A stretch of 64,000 nt of DNA from contig MU058198.1 in the NCBI GenBank assembly GCA_013265495.1, forward strand, positions 6,587,779-6,651,778, read 5' to 3'. The position numbers and the translations under genes were made by a program. Below the pieces are notes generated by a model that was given only the letters and a program-made list of their open reading frames with translations, was not told the DNA's origin and ran no database searches. The DNA comes from Vicugna vicugna (lineage: Eukaryota). Shown here in pieces: positions 1-12,682 of the stretch. Positions within the stretch are counted from its first letter, which is position 1. The number at the start of each line of letters is the position of its first letter.

Positions 1-1107
1 GCAAGTCACTTCAATTAACCTTTCTGCAAGTCAGTGCCTTCGTTGGCCAAGTGGGGATAACAGTAGTCCTACCTCTAGGGGCTCTTATGAGGATTAACCA
101 AATGGCTATTTATAAAGCACTTAAGGCAGGGCTGGCCACAGGAATGCTGCATGATAGTTGTTGAAACACAAATAAGCAGCTGCACCCCCTTCAAGTTTCC
201 ACATTTGGCCAGCTCTCACTCCCTGCCCCGGCCACCTCAAGGTCTGGGTCACAAGGAGCTCACTTCCCCGGCCACCTCCTCCGCCATGCCATGCCCTGGT
301 TATGCCATGACCCTTAAGGCCCTGCTCCCAGCAGAGCCTCTGGTCCCAGCTTCCGGGGCTGGGTGTCCAGCTCCACACCAGATACTCTGTGCAGGAGAAA
401 ATCCCCAGAATCCAGGAGCAGAAGAAAATGGTAGAACCTTGCTTTCCAAACTGAATTTTGTTGACTTGACTCCCCCTCCCCACCCCCCACCGCCTCTGAC
501 AACATCATCGAGACATGTTCAGGGAAATCCAGTCCGAACTGGTGATTTTTAGTCACATTGAAGACTCTGAGTTCCAGCCATTTTATGACAGTGGTCACGA
601 GATTCTTCCCCCATCAGCTGCCTCTGGGCTGGGCCAGGGGCCCAAGGCCACATGGCCGGTGAGGGGCGGGTAGGAGCCCCCTGAAGCTACTGGGCATCAG
701 GGGGAAACAACCAGTTGGACTGAGCTGAGGCCTGGCTGGTACTTCTGTCCCACCCCCTCCCACCTGCCCCAGTTGGGAGGAAGAGCAGGAGCGCTGTGGT
801 TTCCCCTGCAGCTTCAAGGCTTTCTTCTTCGTGTTTGCTGTTGCTGAGGCTTTTCAACTCTCTGCCTGACACCCAGTTGGCACCAGCTCTCAGCTACGAG
901 GTCGCACCACCCCTAAGAAGAACTTGCCTTCCTGTTGGCAGGCACGCTAGCCATTCCTCCCAGCTTCCTTCTGTGTCCCCCTCGGAGCCTGCAGAGACTT
1001 CTGGAAGGCCTCTTCATCAGGCAGGGGCCCTGCAATGCCCCTCCCTCTTCCCCAGAAATACCCTCCCATCCCTTCTCTGCCCCATCTCTTTCACGCCCAT
1101 GGGTAGG

Positions 1108-1228
1108 TAGGCTTGTTGGAGAAAATACAGGACATATAGTTACATTTGAAGTTCAGAAAACCAACAAATAATGTTTTAGTATAAATACGTCCCAAATATT
1201 GCATTTTTATTTGCCAGATCTGGTAGTG
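1108..1228. mobile_element. MER53-like non-autonomous DNA transposon
   Basis: aaaatacaggac...agttacatttgaagttcaga...ttttagtataaatacgtcccaaatattgcat...atctggtag resembles the MER53 consensus (from memory). Confidence 0.6.
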
Positions 1229-2549
1229 CAACTCGTGGGGCTGGATGTGTCTGTAAGGACCTGGGCCAGCAAATTCAGCTAGGGAGGGAGTTGTTCGTCT
1301 CCCTCTCCCTCAAAGACCCACACTTCTTGGGGGACCCTTTTGCTGCCTTTCTTTCCCTCTGCCCTCTTCCCACCACATCCTTGCCTCTGGACTGGCCCCC
1401 AGGAGGGGGAGGGAGGAAACCCCACCCCAGCTCCTCGCCATCTCAAACTCTCCCCTCTGACCCCTTTCCAGATGGTGTACATTTTCCCTCTTCTGGCAGG
1501 AGAAGCCCTGTTCTCCCACTTGGCTCCCGTCCCTGGTCCCTTCTGTCTCACACCTGGCACCATCTTTTGAACTGGTGGTTTGGGCTCTTCAGCTCCATCC
1601 CCAGCTGCTTTTGCGGGGGGTGGTAGAAAACTACACAGTATTTCATGTCTCACGTTAAAAGGCCGCCACAAATCAACCCCTCCACGCCATCCTGCGGTAC
1701 CCACACTCTCCCCTTTGAGTCTTGCTGCCACCTGCCCATTTGACAGATGAGGACACTGAGGCTGAGAGAGGTCAGGGCCTTGCCGCAGGTCACACAGCTG
1801 GTGACTGGTGGGCTGGGGGTCTCTTTCAAGGGCCTTGGGGCTGCCCAGACCTGGGTTCCCTGCAGAGACTAGCAGGCCCTGTCGGAAGGGGCTGAGCAGC
1901 TGAGGCTCCAGGCCTCTCAGCCCACAAGGTCTGTTCACACAGGAGCTGGTGCTGCAGCCTCTGGGTGAAGCCTCATCCCACCCCCAGCAGCTGGGGCCTG
2001 CGTGTGACACTTCCTTTCTGAGGATCAGCCACAGCCGCCCTGGGCTGGGGGAGCGGGAGGAAGAGGGGGCCCCCTCCCACCCCTGGGAACGCGGAGAAAT
2101 CTGTCTGTTTAAGGCAGCTAGGGCCCTGTGTGTGGGGCTCCGGAACGAGCAAGGCCCCTTTCAGAACTAGTGTGGCCACTCGCAAAAGTACCGGCAAAGT
2201 CGTTTTGTGGCTCCAAGTCTCAGTTCCCTAGTCCCGAAAAAGGATCAACAATCCCTGCTACATCTCAGGCCTGAAGGATTTAAAGTGGCCTGAAATAGTG
2301 ATGATAAATAGTTCTCACTTAGCGTGTGTTATACACCGTACACCGTTCGAGGCACTTTACAGAATACGTGAAGTACCTTAACCCTCCCGACCACCCCCCG
2401 GTGTAGGTACTAGTTCATAGATGAAAAAAACCAGGTCAGAGAGATGAAGTCACTTGCTCAAGGTCACTGGAGGCAGTAATTCGAACTGAGGGTTCAAGGC
2501 TTTTTTGTGTAAAACACACATCACAGAATGGCGCAGTAACCCCCAAACC

Positions 2550-4325
2550 AGGAGTCACCAACTGAAATGGCCCAGGAAGAGACAGATGTTAACAAATGGA
2601 CCAAAAATCCAGAAACAGGTCCAGGGAATTTAGCATATAGGCACCCTTTCAGATTAACACAGAAAATATGGATTATTTCATAAATGGTGTTGGGACAAGG
2701 TTTAGCCACCTGGAAAAAAATTAGATGACTGCATACTTCGCACTTTACACCAGCAGAAATTACATTAAATATTTAAGTGGAAACAACAAAACAGCAATGA
2801 TACTAAAATAAATCATCAGAATTTTTTTTTAATCTCAGTGAGGGAAAGCCTAACTTTGACACAGAACCTAGAAGTCATAAAATAGGAAATTGATAAACTC
2901 AACTATGTGAAAATAGGAAACTTCTCGTGACAAAGCCTAGGATAAATGACGATACACACGCAAAACAACCAGGGACACAGGTGACCCGCTTTGTGAAGAT
3001 TCTTCAAGCTTCACGCTTCTTTTTTTTTTTTAATTACAGTATTGTTGATTTACAATGTTGTGTTAGTTTCTGGTGTACAGCATAGTGATTCAGTTATATA
3101 TATATATACTCTTTTTCATATTCTTTTTCGTTATAGGTTATTACAAGGTGTTGAATATTGTTCCCTGTGCTACAGAGTAGGATTTTATTGTTTATCTATT
3201 TTGTATATAGTAATTTGCATCTGTTAATCCCAAACTCCTAATTTATCCCTCCCCGCTGCTTTCACCTTTGGTAACCATAAGTTTGTTTTTCATGTCTGTG
3301 AGTCTCTGTGTTGTAAATAAGTTCATTCGTGAAGCTGCACACTCCTGATTTAACACTTTGCTGTGTTTGTTATAGTTCAGAAAGGTTTTTGGATTTTTTT
3401 AAAGATAAGTGACAAACTGGGACAATATGTTTGCTCCTCATATCATCAATGAAGAATTCATCTTCCTAATATATAAAATGTTCCTAGAAATAAATAAGAA
3501 AAAAACTAACTACTCAAAAAAGGGGCAATAGATACAGACAGGGCACAGAAAAGGGAATACAAATGACTCCTAAACATGTGAAAAGAGCCTGATCCTTTCT
3601 TATAATAAGAAAAATGCAAATTAAAATTACAGTTAGAAACCAATTTTTACCTGACAGTCTGGCGAAAGATTAAAGAGTTTTACAGCACTAAATTGGCCAG
3701 GATGTGGGGAGACAGGCCTTGTGGGATACTGCTCGTGGGAGTGTCGACTGCCTCCTCCCCCGAAGGGGAATTTGGCAATATCTATCAAAATCACACTTGC
3801 TTGTGCCTTTGGCCCAATGACTCCTCTTCTAGGGATGTGTTATACAGAGATACTCCCACACTAAATGACTTGGGTACAAGATCGTTATTGCAATTGCTCT
3901 TGTGTGTAAAGTAAACTATTGGAAACAATCGAAATGTTTATCAATAGGAACTAATTAAGGGTCATCCATAAAAGGACAAAATATGCATCTGTAAAAGAGA
4001 ATGAGTAAAGATTTGAGGCATGCACAGGATAATCTCCAATATGTTGTTACACGTAAAAAGCAACACACAAAGAGCACATAGGATTATACCATTTATGTAA
4101 AAAAGGAGGGGTGGAGAGTTTGCACATAGTTGATTATATGTGTGTGAAAAATCCCTGGGGAACATATAGCGCCCACCTTGTCTTGGGTCAGGAACTTGGT
4201 GGCAGGGGACGGGGTGAGAAGAAGATGTTCCATTGTATACCCTTTAGTACCTCTGGGATTTTGAAATGCAGGAATGGAACACCATTTTTAAAAACATATT
4301 CACTTTTTGTTTTAAAACTTTGAAA
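2550..4325 (+). mobile_element. Old degraded LINE-1 fragments (ORF2 end/3'UTR)
   Basis: A-rich with L1-like phrases (aatggtgttgggacaa, aaaatgcaaattaaaattaca, tttggcaatatctatcaaa). Confidence 0.65.
3022..3331 (-). mobile_element. Younger LINE-1 3' end nested in the old L1
   Basis: Poly-T plus gttgatttacaatgttgtgttagtttctggtgtacagc; degenerate TSD aagcttcacgcttct (3007-3021) / aagctgcacactcct (3332-3346). Confidence 0.8.
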
Positions 4326-5084
4326 ATAAAACGGGGCATGCTCTGCACAGCTCTGGCAAGTGGTTGCCACGTGGTAATGCAGATCCAGCCTTGCCAGACC
4401 TTGCTCATCTTTAGGAGAGGCTAGAACTGGAATTTCATCTGGAAATTACCCGTGTTCACTGGCAACAGTGGGGAGCCCACAGTTGCCCTCTTGTTACTTG
4501 CTTCTTCCTTAATTACAGAATTCTGATTTGAAGTCACAATTGTGATAAAAAATGTATTTCCTGGCCTCCCCTGCAGTTAGGATTGGCTAATGAAATAGAA
4601 GCTGTGGTCTCCCTGAGAAAAGATGTGTAAAATCTAGAAGGGGGGTGCTTTGAGTTGGTGGGAGAGGAGCCCATTTTGTGCCCCCAACTCTTCTTCCTGC
4701 CAGAACACAGATGTGAGCACTGGCAGCCATCTTGTGACTTTGAGGATGGTGTGAAGAGCTGAGGATGGTGACACAGAAATACAGAAGGAAGCTGGGTCCT
4801 CGGTGATGATGCAGGGCTGGCACACCTCCCTGGACCGGGGGCTGCTCGTTTCACAGGGCACATTCATGGCATGGTGGACATGGCAGTTTATATGTGTATG
4901 TGACCATTTTCTGGAATACAATAATAGACTGTTTTACAAAAGCAGCCTATTATGACAATTTTCCAATAGGTGGGGAAAGAGTCTGCAAAATAGGGCATCT
5001 TTCCCTAATTTACACAAGGAATTAGACTATTATTTTGCCTGAGCTACTAGAGTTAGGTCTTAGTCAAATTTCAATCTAACACAG

Positions 5085-6640
5085 CAAGTAACTTTTTAAA
5101 ATTAAATAGAAAAAAAATCCATCTTAACATTCATATGAAATCTCACGGGACCCTGAATAGCAAAAACAATCTTGATAAAGAACAAATTTAGAAGACTCTC
5201 ACTTTCTGATTTCAGAACTTATTACAAAAGTACAGTAATCAAAACAGTATGGTACTGACATAAAGACAGACATATAGACAAAGGGAGTAAAATAGAGAGT
5301 CCAGAAATAAGCCCTCACATAGATGGTCAAATGGATTTTCAGCAAGGGTGCTAAGACCATTCAATGGGGAATGGATAGTCTTTTCAACAAATAGTGTTGA
5401 GAAAACTGGATATTCACATGCAAAAGAATGAAGTTGGACACCTACCTAACACCACATTAGAAAATTAATTCAAAATGGATTAAACACCTGACACTGTAAA
5501 AGTCCTAAAAAAAAGCATAGGGGGAAAGCTTCATGACATTGGATTTGGCAATGATTTCTTGGCTATGACACCAAAAGCACAACAGCAAAAGCAAAAATAG
5601 ATGAAGGGGACTACGTCAAATTTAAAAGCTTCTGTGCCTAAAAGGACACACTCAATGGAGTGAAGAGGCAATCTACAGAATGGGAGGAAATAATTGCAAA
5701 TCATTTATCTGATAAGGAGTTAATATCCAGAATATATGAAGAATCCTACAACTCAACAACAACAAAAAAACATATAACCAGATTAAAAAATGGACAAAAG
5801 ACTTGAATAGACATTTCTCCAAAGATGGTATACAAATGGCCAATATGCATAAGAAACAATGCTCAGCCTCACTAATTATTAGGGAAATGCAGATTGAAAC
5901 CCCAGTGAGATATTACCTCAAATCCATTAAGATGGCTACTATCAAAAAAACCAGATAAGAATGAGTATTGGGGAGGATGTGGGAAACTGGAACCCTTGTG
6001 CTCTTGGTGGGGACGCAAAATGGTACAGACATTATGGAAAACAGTATGGCAGTTCTTAAAAGAACTTGAAATAGAATTACCTTATGATCCAACAATTTCA
6101 CTTTGCATATTTACTCAAAAAAATTGAAGGTAAGATCTTGAAGAGCTATTTTCACCCCAATGTTCATAGCATTTTTCACAAAACCCAAGAGGTAGAAGCA
6201 ACTTAAGTGTCCATCAACAGATGAATGGATAAATAAAATGTGGTACATTCATACAGTGGAACATTATTCAGCCTTGAAAAGGAAGGAAATTATGTCACAT
6301 GCTACAACATGGGTGAACTCTGAAGATATGCTAAGTAAAATAAGCCAGTCACAGAAGGACAAATCCTGTAAGATTCCACTTACATGAGGGACATGGGGTG
6401 GTCAAATACATAGAAAGAGAAAGTAGAATGGTGGTTGTGGGGGGCTGAGGAGAAAGGGGAACGGGGAGTTGTTTAACAGGTATAGTTTCAGTTTTGTAAG
6501 ATGGAAACGTTCTGGAGATCTGATGTACAACCATATGAATATACTTAACACTAATCAACTGCCCACTTAGAAATGGCTAAGATGGTGAAATTTCTGTTAC
6601 GGGTTTTTGGTTCTTTTAACCACAATTTTAAAAAAGAATT
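5085..6640 (+). mobile_element. LINE-1 3' portion (ORF2 C-terminus plus 3'UTR), non-coding
   Basis: Classic L1 ORF2 sequence (gtaatcaaaacagtatggtactg, ccattcaatggggaatggatagtc, gaatagacatttctccaaag, tgtccatcaacagatgaatggata); no long ORF. Confidence 0.9.
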
Positions 6641-9204
6641 GAACACTGCAGTGGGCTACCAGTTTGCAATCTCTGTCTTAGACTGTGCTTCCCTGAGGCT
6701 GGATGGGTACCATGTATTAGGACTGCAAGGACCACGGGGAACTTGGCACGTAAGGGCTCACGTGCTTGCTCAAGTTCTCTTGTAATCAGCAAGACTTACC
6801 TGCCGAGCACTTTGTGCCAAGCTCTCTGCTAGGCCCTGGAGTGACAGAGACGAACAGGGAACTAGTTCACAGTCTAGAAAGGGGGACAAATGATAAACAC
6901 CAGATGCATCAAAAGATTGTTATGATGTCAGTTCATTGGGGTGACAGGCTCCAGGGTGACGGGGAGGGGGGCAAGATTACTTGGAGATCCAAATGACAGA
7001 AGGAGAGGGCCACGTGAGCACATGGAAGAAGAGCTCCAGGCAGAGAGAAGGGCATGCGCAAAGACCCGGAGAAAGAAATGAGCCTGGCCTGTGTGGGGAG
7101 GACGGAACATGGACTGACTCACGCAGAGCAAGGGGGAGGTGGCTGGTTGAAATACCGCCAGCAGGCCCCTTACGTGAAACAGATGCAAAGCAGTCTTTTA
7201 GCAGCATAAACTTGATTTGTGAGTTCAGATGTATCATTCTCTTTTATGATAAAAAATAAATAAATTATAACAACAGGTTTGTCCTAGAGAAAGGCTGGGG
7301 CTACAGATGCCCCTCAGAGTCTCCTATTTGCCTCGACACAGCCAGTGTCTGCTGACTCTTTGAATTAGTTCCTTGGAGTGATTTTAAAACCACTGATGTG
7401 CTTGGGTCCTGTCACCCTGACTCAACACCTCGGTGTACTGAGGCCCAGAGCAGAGAAGGAGCTCCAAGTAAGTCCAGGGCAGGGCAGGAGTTAGGCCTGG
7501 AGGTGAGGGGTGCCTGGCTCCCCGGTCAGAGGTAGGGCAGCCTGGAGGAAAAAGTGTCCACGGCCCATGGCTCTCCCTTCTGTGGGAGGAGCCACAATTG
7601 TGGGGCCCTGGAGGGCCCTGGCCCTGCTTCCCTTAGGGGGAGAACCCTCTCCCCAACCCTCAGGCAGCCTAGACATGGGCGTGGGGCCTGGCAGGGACAG
7701 CTGAGGGTCAAGTCAATGGCCTACTGGCAGGGCCGGGGTGTCTGGGCACCGCCACCCCTCACTTTCTGCTGATTTTCCAAGCCGGCGTCAGCCCTCTCCC
7801 GTGATCCTCTGGGCCTGGCTCCCCCTCCAGTGAATCTCTTGGAATCAAACAGCCCCAGTTGGTTTCTGTTGCTTTCTCCTGGGAATTCTGGAGGATTCGG
7901 AGGGTCTCCTAGGCTGCACTGCCTCCACAATCATCCTTGCAGCCCCTGTGATGGCTCCTTGGGCCCCAGCTCTGGGACCGACTGGCTGTGTGGTCTGAGG
8001 GAGGCAATCGTGGGCTCTGCCAGGCTTGGAGGGCCGTGGTGGAGCAAGTAAAGGGCTCTCAGCCACCAGCTGGCTCTGGGTTTCCTAAAATTCAGTTCTG
8101 AATCCACAAGCTGGACCTCTCTGTTCTCAGTCTTACTGTTTTTCTTTAAAACCACTCCCTTTTAAAACTCAGATTTATTTCATAGGCAACTACATATCAC
8201 ACTCTGAAATGGAAGCCCAGTATTGCTTGCCCTAAACAAAAATAAACCCTAAAAAACAAATCCAGCAAAACCAAAAGAAATGATTAAATTCCACTGAGCT
8301 CCCTGCTCTGGGCACTAAGCTGAAGGCTTCCTGCCTCTGTGCAAAAAGAGAGATTAGTCAGTGTCTAAAGGCAGTAAATAGTGCCCAAAAGAGCCTTTCT
8401 CCAAAACTACAGTCAGAATCGAGAAGAAAGTAACTTTCTCTTCGTGGGATTTAAGGTGAGTTAATGCTGCTTCTGTTTAAAACAGCAATTATGTGGTGCA
8501 CTGAGATGCTGGCAATGACCAGTCTAATTATAACCAGTGTCCTATCAGGTCAAGGGTTCCCACTGTGTGATCTTGGGCAGGTCAATCAACATCTCTGTGC
8601 CTCAGTTTCTCTATTTTTAAGTTAAAGTAAATAACAGAATCCACCTCCTAGGGGTGTCATGAGGATTAAAGCAATGAATAGTAGACAGGTTCTGTGACTG
8701 AGTAAGTGCTGGCAAATATTGTTAAATAAATAACCCCCCCTCAGCTCCCTGTGATTCAAGTGGGAGCCCTGAGGTGCAGGGAGGGGAAAGGATGGACTCA
8801 GAGAACCCAGGAGCCTTCCTTCTCTCAGACTCTTACGAGCCCCAGCCAGCTTCGCTCTGGAACACCCCGGCATGTGCCCTCCCTCCTGCCCCTCACTCTC
8901 CCAGTCTCCCTGAGCCCCTGCGCCAGCCAGGCTACCTTATATAAATCCCATACCCACCCTGAGAAGGAGGCAGGCTCATCAGGCCCAGTCCACAGAGGGT
9001 AGGACTGAGGCCCAGAGGGGTGACATCATTCCTGCCTGTCTCTGTGTGCACCAGGGCTGGGAGGAAGACGCAGCGGATTCTGGGCTCCCCCCACCCCCAT
9101 CCAGCCCCAGCACCCCCAACACACATTATCTCTAGGCGGCAGCAGCTGAGCCTCCCGGTATCTCTCTGATCCCCCAAATTTCCGGTTCCCCAAAGACAAC
9201 TCAG

Positions 9205-9440
9205 GATGTGGGGAGGGAGGGGCAGGGAGAGGAGGAGGGAGAGAGAGAACAAGAGAGAGATCACAGAGAGACAGAGAGCCACAGAGAGATAAGAGACACA
9301 CAGAGACAAAGAGAGACAGATGAGAGATAGAGCTTCCAAGACAGAGACTGAGAAACAGACTGAGGCTGACGGAGACGGAGAGAGACAGAAAAATAGAGAG
9401 TCAAAAAGGGGACAGGTGACCCAGAGACACACAGAGATGA
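9205..9440 (+). repeat. GA-rich low-complexity tract
   Basis: (GA)n/(GACA)n-like purine-rich sequence. Confidence 0.75.
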
Positions 9441-11843
9441 GGGGAGACAGTTGGGGGAGGCTGGGAGACTGAGACCGGGGCAGAACTGGAAGTGGTGGCA
9501 AGCGGGACAGGGAGCGAGGGGGCCCTGTGAGAGCTGGGGGTGTGGGGGTGCTGTGGGGGACCCAGAAGCAGAAAGACAAGCAGTGAGCCTGAGAGCCAGG
9601 TGGGAGAGGGTGAGAAGTGCTCAGAGGCCCAGCCAAGGTGCACGAGGAGACAGACGAGGACAGCGAGCCCAAGTGTGGAGGCAGGAAGGGCCCTGGGAGA
9701 GGAGGCTAGAGGCCCCATGCTCTCTTTGTCCTTGGAGCTCAGGGGGCCCCCCACCCCCACGGGGCCACAGATGCTCTAAGCGTCCACCCCTTGGGTTCTC
9801 ATAGGAGGGGAGAGGGACGTGGCTCAGGCCCACTGCCCATAGGCCCAGAGCCAGCAGCCCTAGTTTGAAGTCCAGCAGGGGAATGAGCTGAGTGGCCTCT
9901 GTTACCCACCCCACTGAGGGACAGCGGTGCATAGGGAGGCCCGAGGAGGGATTTGGTGGGTACAGAAGGAGGTACTTGGGAATAGGGGTTGCTTGGGCCG
10001 CTTGGGGAGGGAGAGCCAGTACCCTGCTTGGTCTAGCCACCTGCCCTTTCTGAGCCTCAGTTTTGTCATTTTGTGAAAGGATGATAATGAGAACTTACTC
10101 AGGGTCACGGTAACGACCAAACATATGTGAAGTCTGTGGCACCTCACGTGGCCTCTGTCCGTGCCTGAGGGTGGAAGGTGGGCCTTGTTGAAGGTCGATG
10201 CTCCACAGCATCCTGTCTAGATGAGTCAGGGCCCTTTCATTTGTAAATGAAAGAAACCCAGCTGGAGCTGAGCCAAGTGAAGTTAATCAACTTCAAGCCA
10301 AGGGTGTTAATCAACTCTTGTAACCGAGTGGTTCATGGGTGGAGCCAGTTTCAGGAACAAAGGGATCCAGGCCCTCAACCCATGTTTTCAGGACCCTTTC
10401 TCCCCCTATTTGGGGCTGATCACCTCTATGCTGCCTTCTCCCTCACAGGTGCCCTTCATGTGGTGGCCCCTGGCAGCTACAGGCCCATGTCCTCTCTGTG
10501 CAAGGGTCACAGAAGAGAGAGAGCCTTATTCCCAAAAGTTCTAGCAAAAGTCCTTGTGTGAAGCAGACTTTGCCCTCTGTGGAATTTTGGCCTCTTTGTT
10601 TTCTCCTTTTGCACCAACTTTTAACCAGTACATAGCCTCCCTCCCTCCACTCCAGACTAGGTTGCACATCCATAAGTAACTTTGGGATTTGCTCTGTGAC
10701 CTTAAGCAAATCACTTAACCTCCCTGAGCCTGTTTCCTTCTCTACAAAAGGGGCTCCTTATACTTTACAGACAGGAATGTTCTGAGACTCAGAGAAATCA
10801 TGAGTGTGGCACACAATAAATGAGGAATAAATGCACCCCAGCAGCCCTCTTCCCATCTACCAGCAAGAGCCCCTAATTTTCTCTGGGTGCCTTCCCCACT
10901 TTCAGTCCCTCAGAGTGCAGCATATGACCTAGGCCTAAGGCAATTAGCACATGGCGTTCTGCTGGCCAGTAACTACTTCAGACAGTCTTGTGACCCAAAC
11001 TAGGACAATCAGTGTAAGTTTAGAGCTTTTGCTGAAGGTGCTGGGACATTTTGCTCCCCTGGGATAGAGGCCTGGAAGGACATGGTCCTTGCAGCTGCTA
11101 GCATCTTCACATGACTGGAAGGGAGAGACTGCGAAGATGGGTCAGTGGAGAAAGGACAACTGAAGAGAAACTAGAAGTTAGTGATGACAGTTAGGCCTCT
11201 GACTCCAGCCATACCTGAGTTTCAACCTTCTCAGCAACAAGGGATCCCATTCTTTTACTTTCAGGGATACCTTTTGGGGCTACGGACTCCAGAATGAGTA
11301 GGTTGTGAGAATTAAGTCCAACATCCTCAAAGGTCCCCAGAGACCAGAAATCTAGTGGCAGGGTTGGGACTCGAACTCAAGTCTCTTTGTTTGTATTCCA
11401 GAGCTCTTGCCACCAAACACGGTCCTCTTTCTGGAATTACTGCTCATCAGCTCTGAGACTAATAACACCAAGTAAATAAAATGAAAGTAAGGTAAACCCA
11501 CTGAGATTTCCCTGGGGGGCTGAGGAGGAAGATGGAACCCTTGCAGGGGATTAGGTAGGAGCGCAGACCCATGCGCCCAGGACAGATGCGTTACCTGCCA
11601 TAAAGTGTGCACCCAGGTGTCTCTGAGGGGCACTTAGAAGAGTGGAGGGGGAGGGAAAGGTGCCACTCATTGGTCACCAGGGGCTCATCACCAGCCTAGG
11701 ATGGCCTGACTGTGGTTGGGATTTGGTGGAAATGACAGAAGTCATGGTTATTCATTAGGAATCTTTTTGTGGCAAATGAAAGAAAACCTATCTCAAATTG
11801 GCCTAACCGAAAAAAAAAAAAAAAAAGACAGGGGGGAAAAAAC

Positions 11844-11949
11844 NNNNNNNNNNNNNNNNNNNNNNNNNNNNNNNNNNNNNNNNNNNNNNNNNNNNNNNNN
11901 NNNNNNNNNNNNNNNNNNNNNNNNNNNNNNNNNNNNNNNNNNNNNNNNN
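11844..11949. other. Assembly gap (106 N)
   Basis: Run of N between two poly-A tracts. Confidence 0.99.
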
Positions 11950-12558
11950 AAAAAAAAAAAAAAAAGATCAGGGAGTAATGGCCTCACACACTTTGGAGCT
12001 GGGTGCTTATACAAGCTATTAGGATTCAATTTTCCAATTTCCATTTCTGTCGATTCTGCTTTCCTCTCTGGAGCCTTCGTTCTCAGGCAGGCTCCCTCCA
12101 ATGGGAGCCTGCAAAAGCGCTAGGTCTTATGGGCTTCACACCCTCAGTGGACAAAGCAATTTCTCTCCTCTTAGTTCCACCAAAAGTCTCAGGGCTGTGT
12201 CTCATTGGCCTGAATTGGATCACATGCCCTTCTATCAACCCATGATGGTGGCCAGAGGGTGGGATATAATGATTGGCCAGTCCCGGGTCACATGCACATC
12301 TAAGTCAGTCCCACCTGAGCCACAGAGACATTTCAAACCCAGATGGCCTCACTGGAAGAAGGAGGCATGGATATTGGTAAGGAAAAACAAAAGAAGTTCT
12401 CTATAAATGTTAAAGAGTGGCTAGAAAAATGCTAATAATAACATTTTTTAAAGGATCTAAAGTCAAATACATTTGGGGAATACTAGGTCAGACAAAGAGG
12501 AAACAAAGATGTGTCACAGGATCCCTCAGAGCCATGAATCCATTAAAAGTGGATTCAG

Positions 12559-12682
12559 TGGGGAGGGTATAACTCAAGTGGTAGAGTGCATGCTCAGCAT
12601 ACACCAGGTCCTGGGTTCAAAAATAAATAAGGAAACCTGATTACCTCTCACCACTCCCCCCAAAAAACCCCAAATAAAATAA
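12559..12682 (+). mobile_element. tRNA-Ala-derived SINE (vic-1-like)
   Basis: gggagggtataactcaagtggtagag...ggtcctgggttcaa plus tail; degenerate TSD aaaag(t/c)g(g/c)attca. Confidence 0.85.

Noticed and set aside
1279..2010. 243-aa minus-strand ORF
   Set aside because: GC-rich chance ORF running through a MIR-like repeat, with no recognisable domain.
8932..9672. 246-aa hydrophobic ORF as a membrane protein
   Set aside because: The L/S/C/V-rich stretch is simply the translation of the (CT)n strand of a GA-rich repeat.
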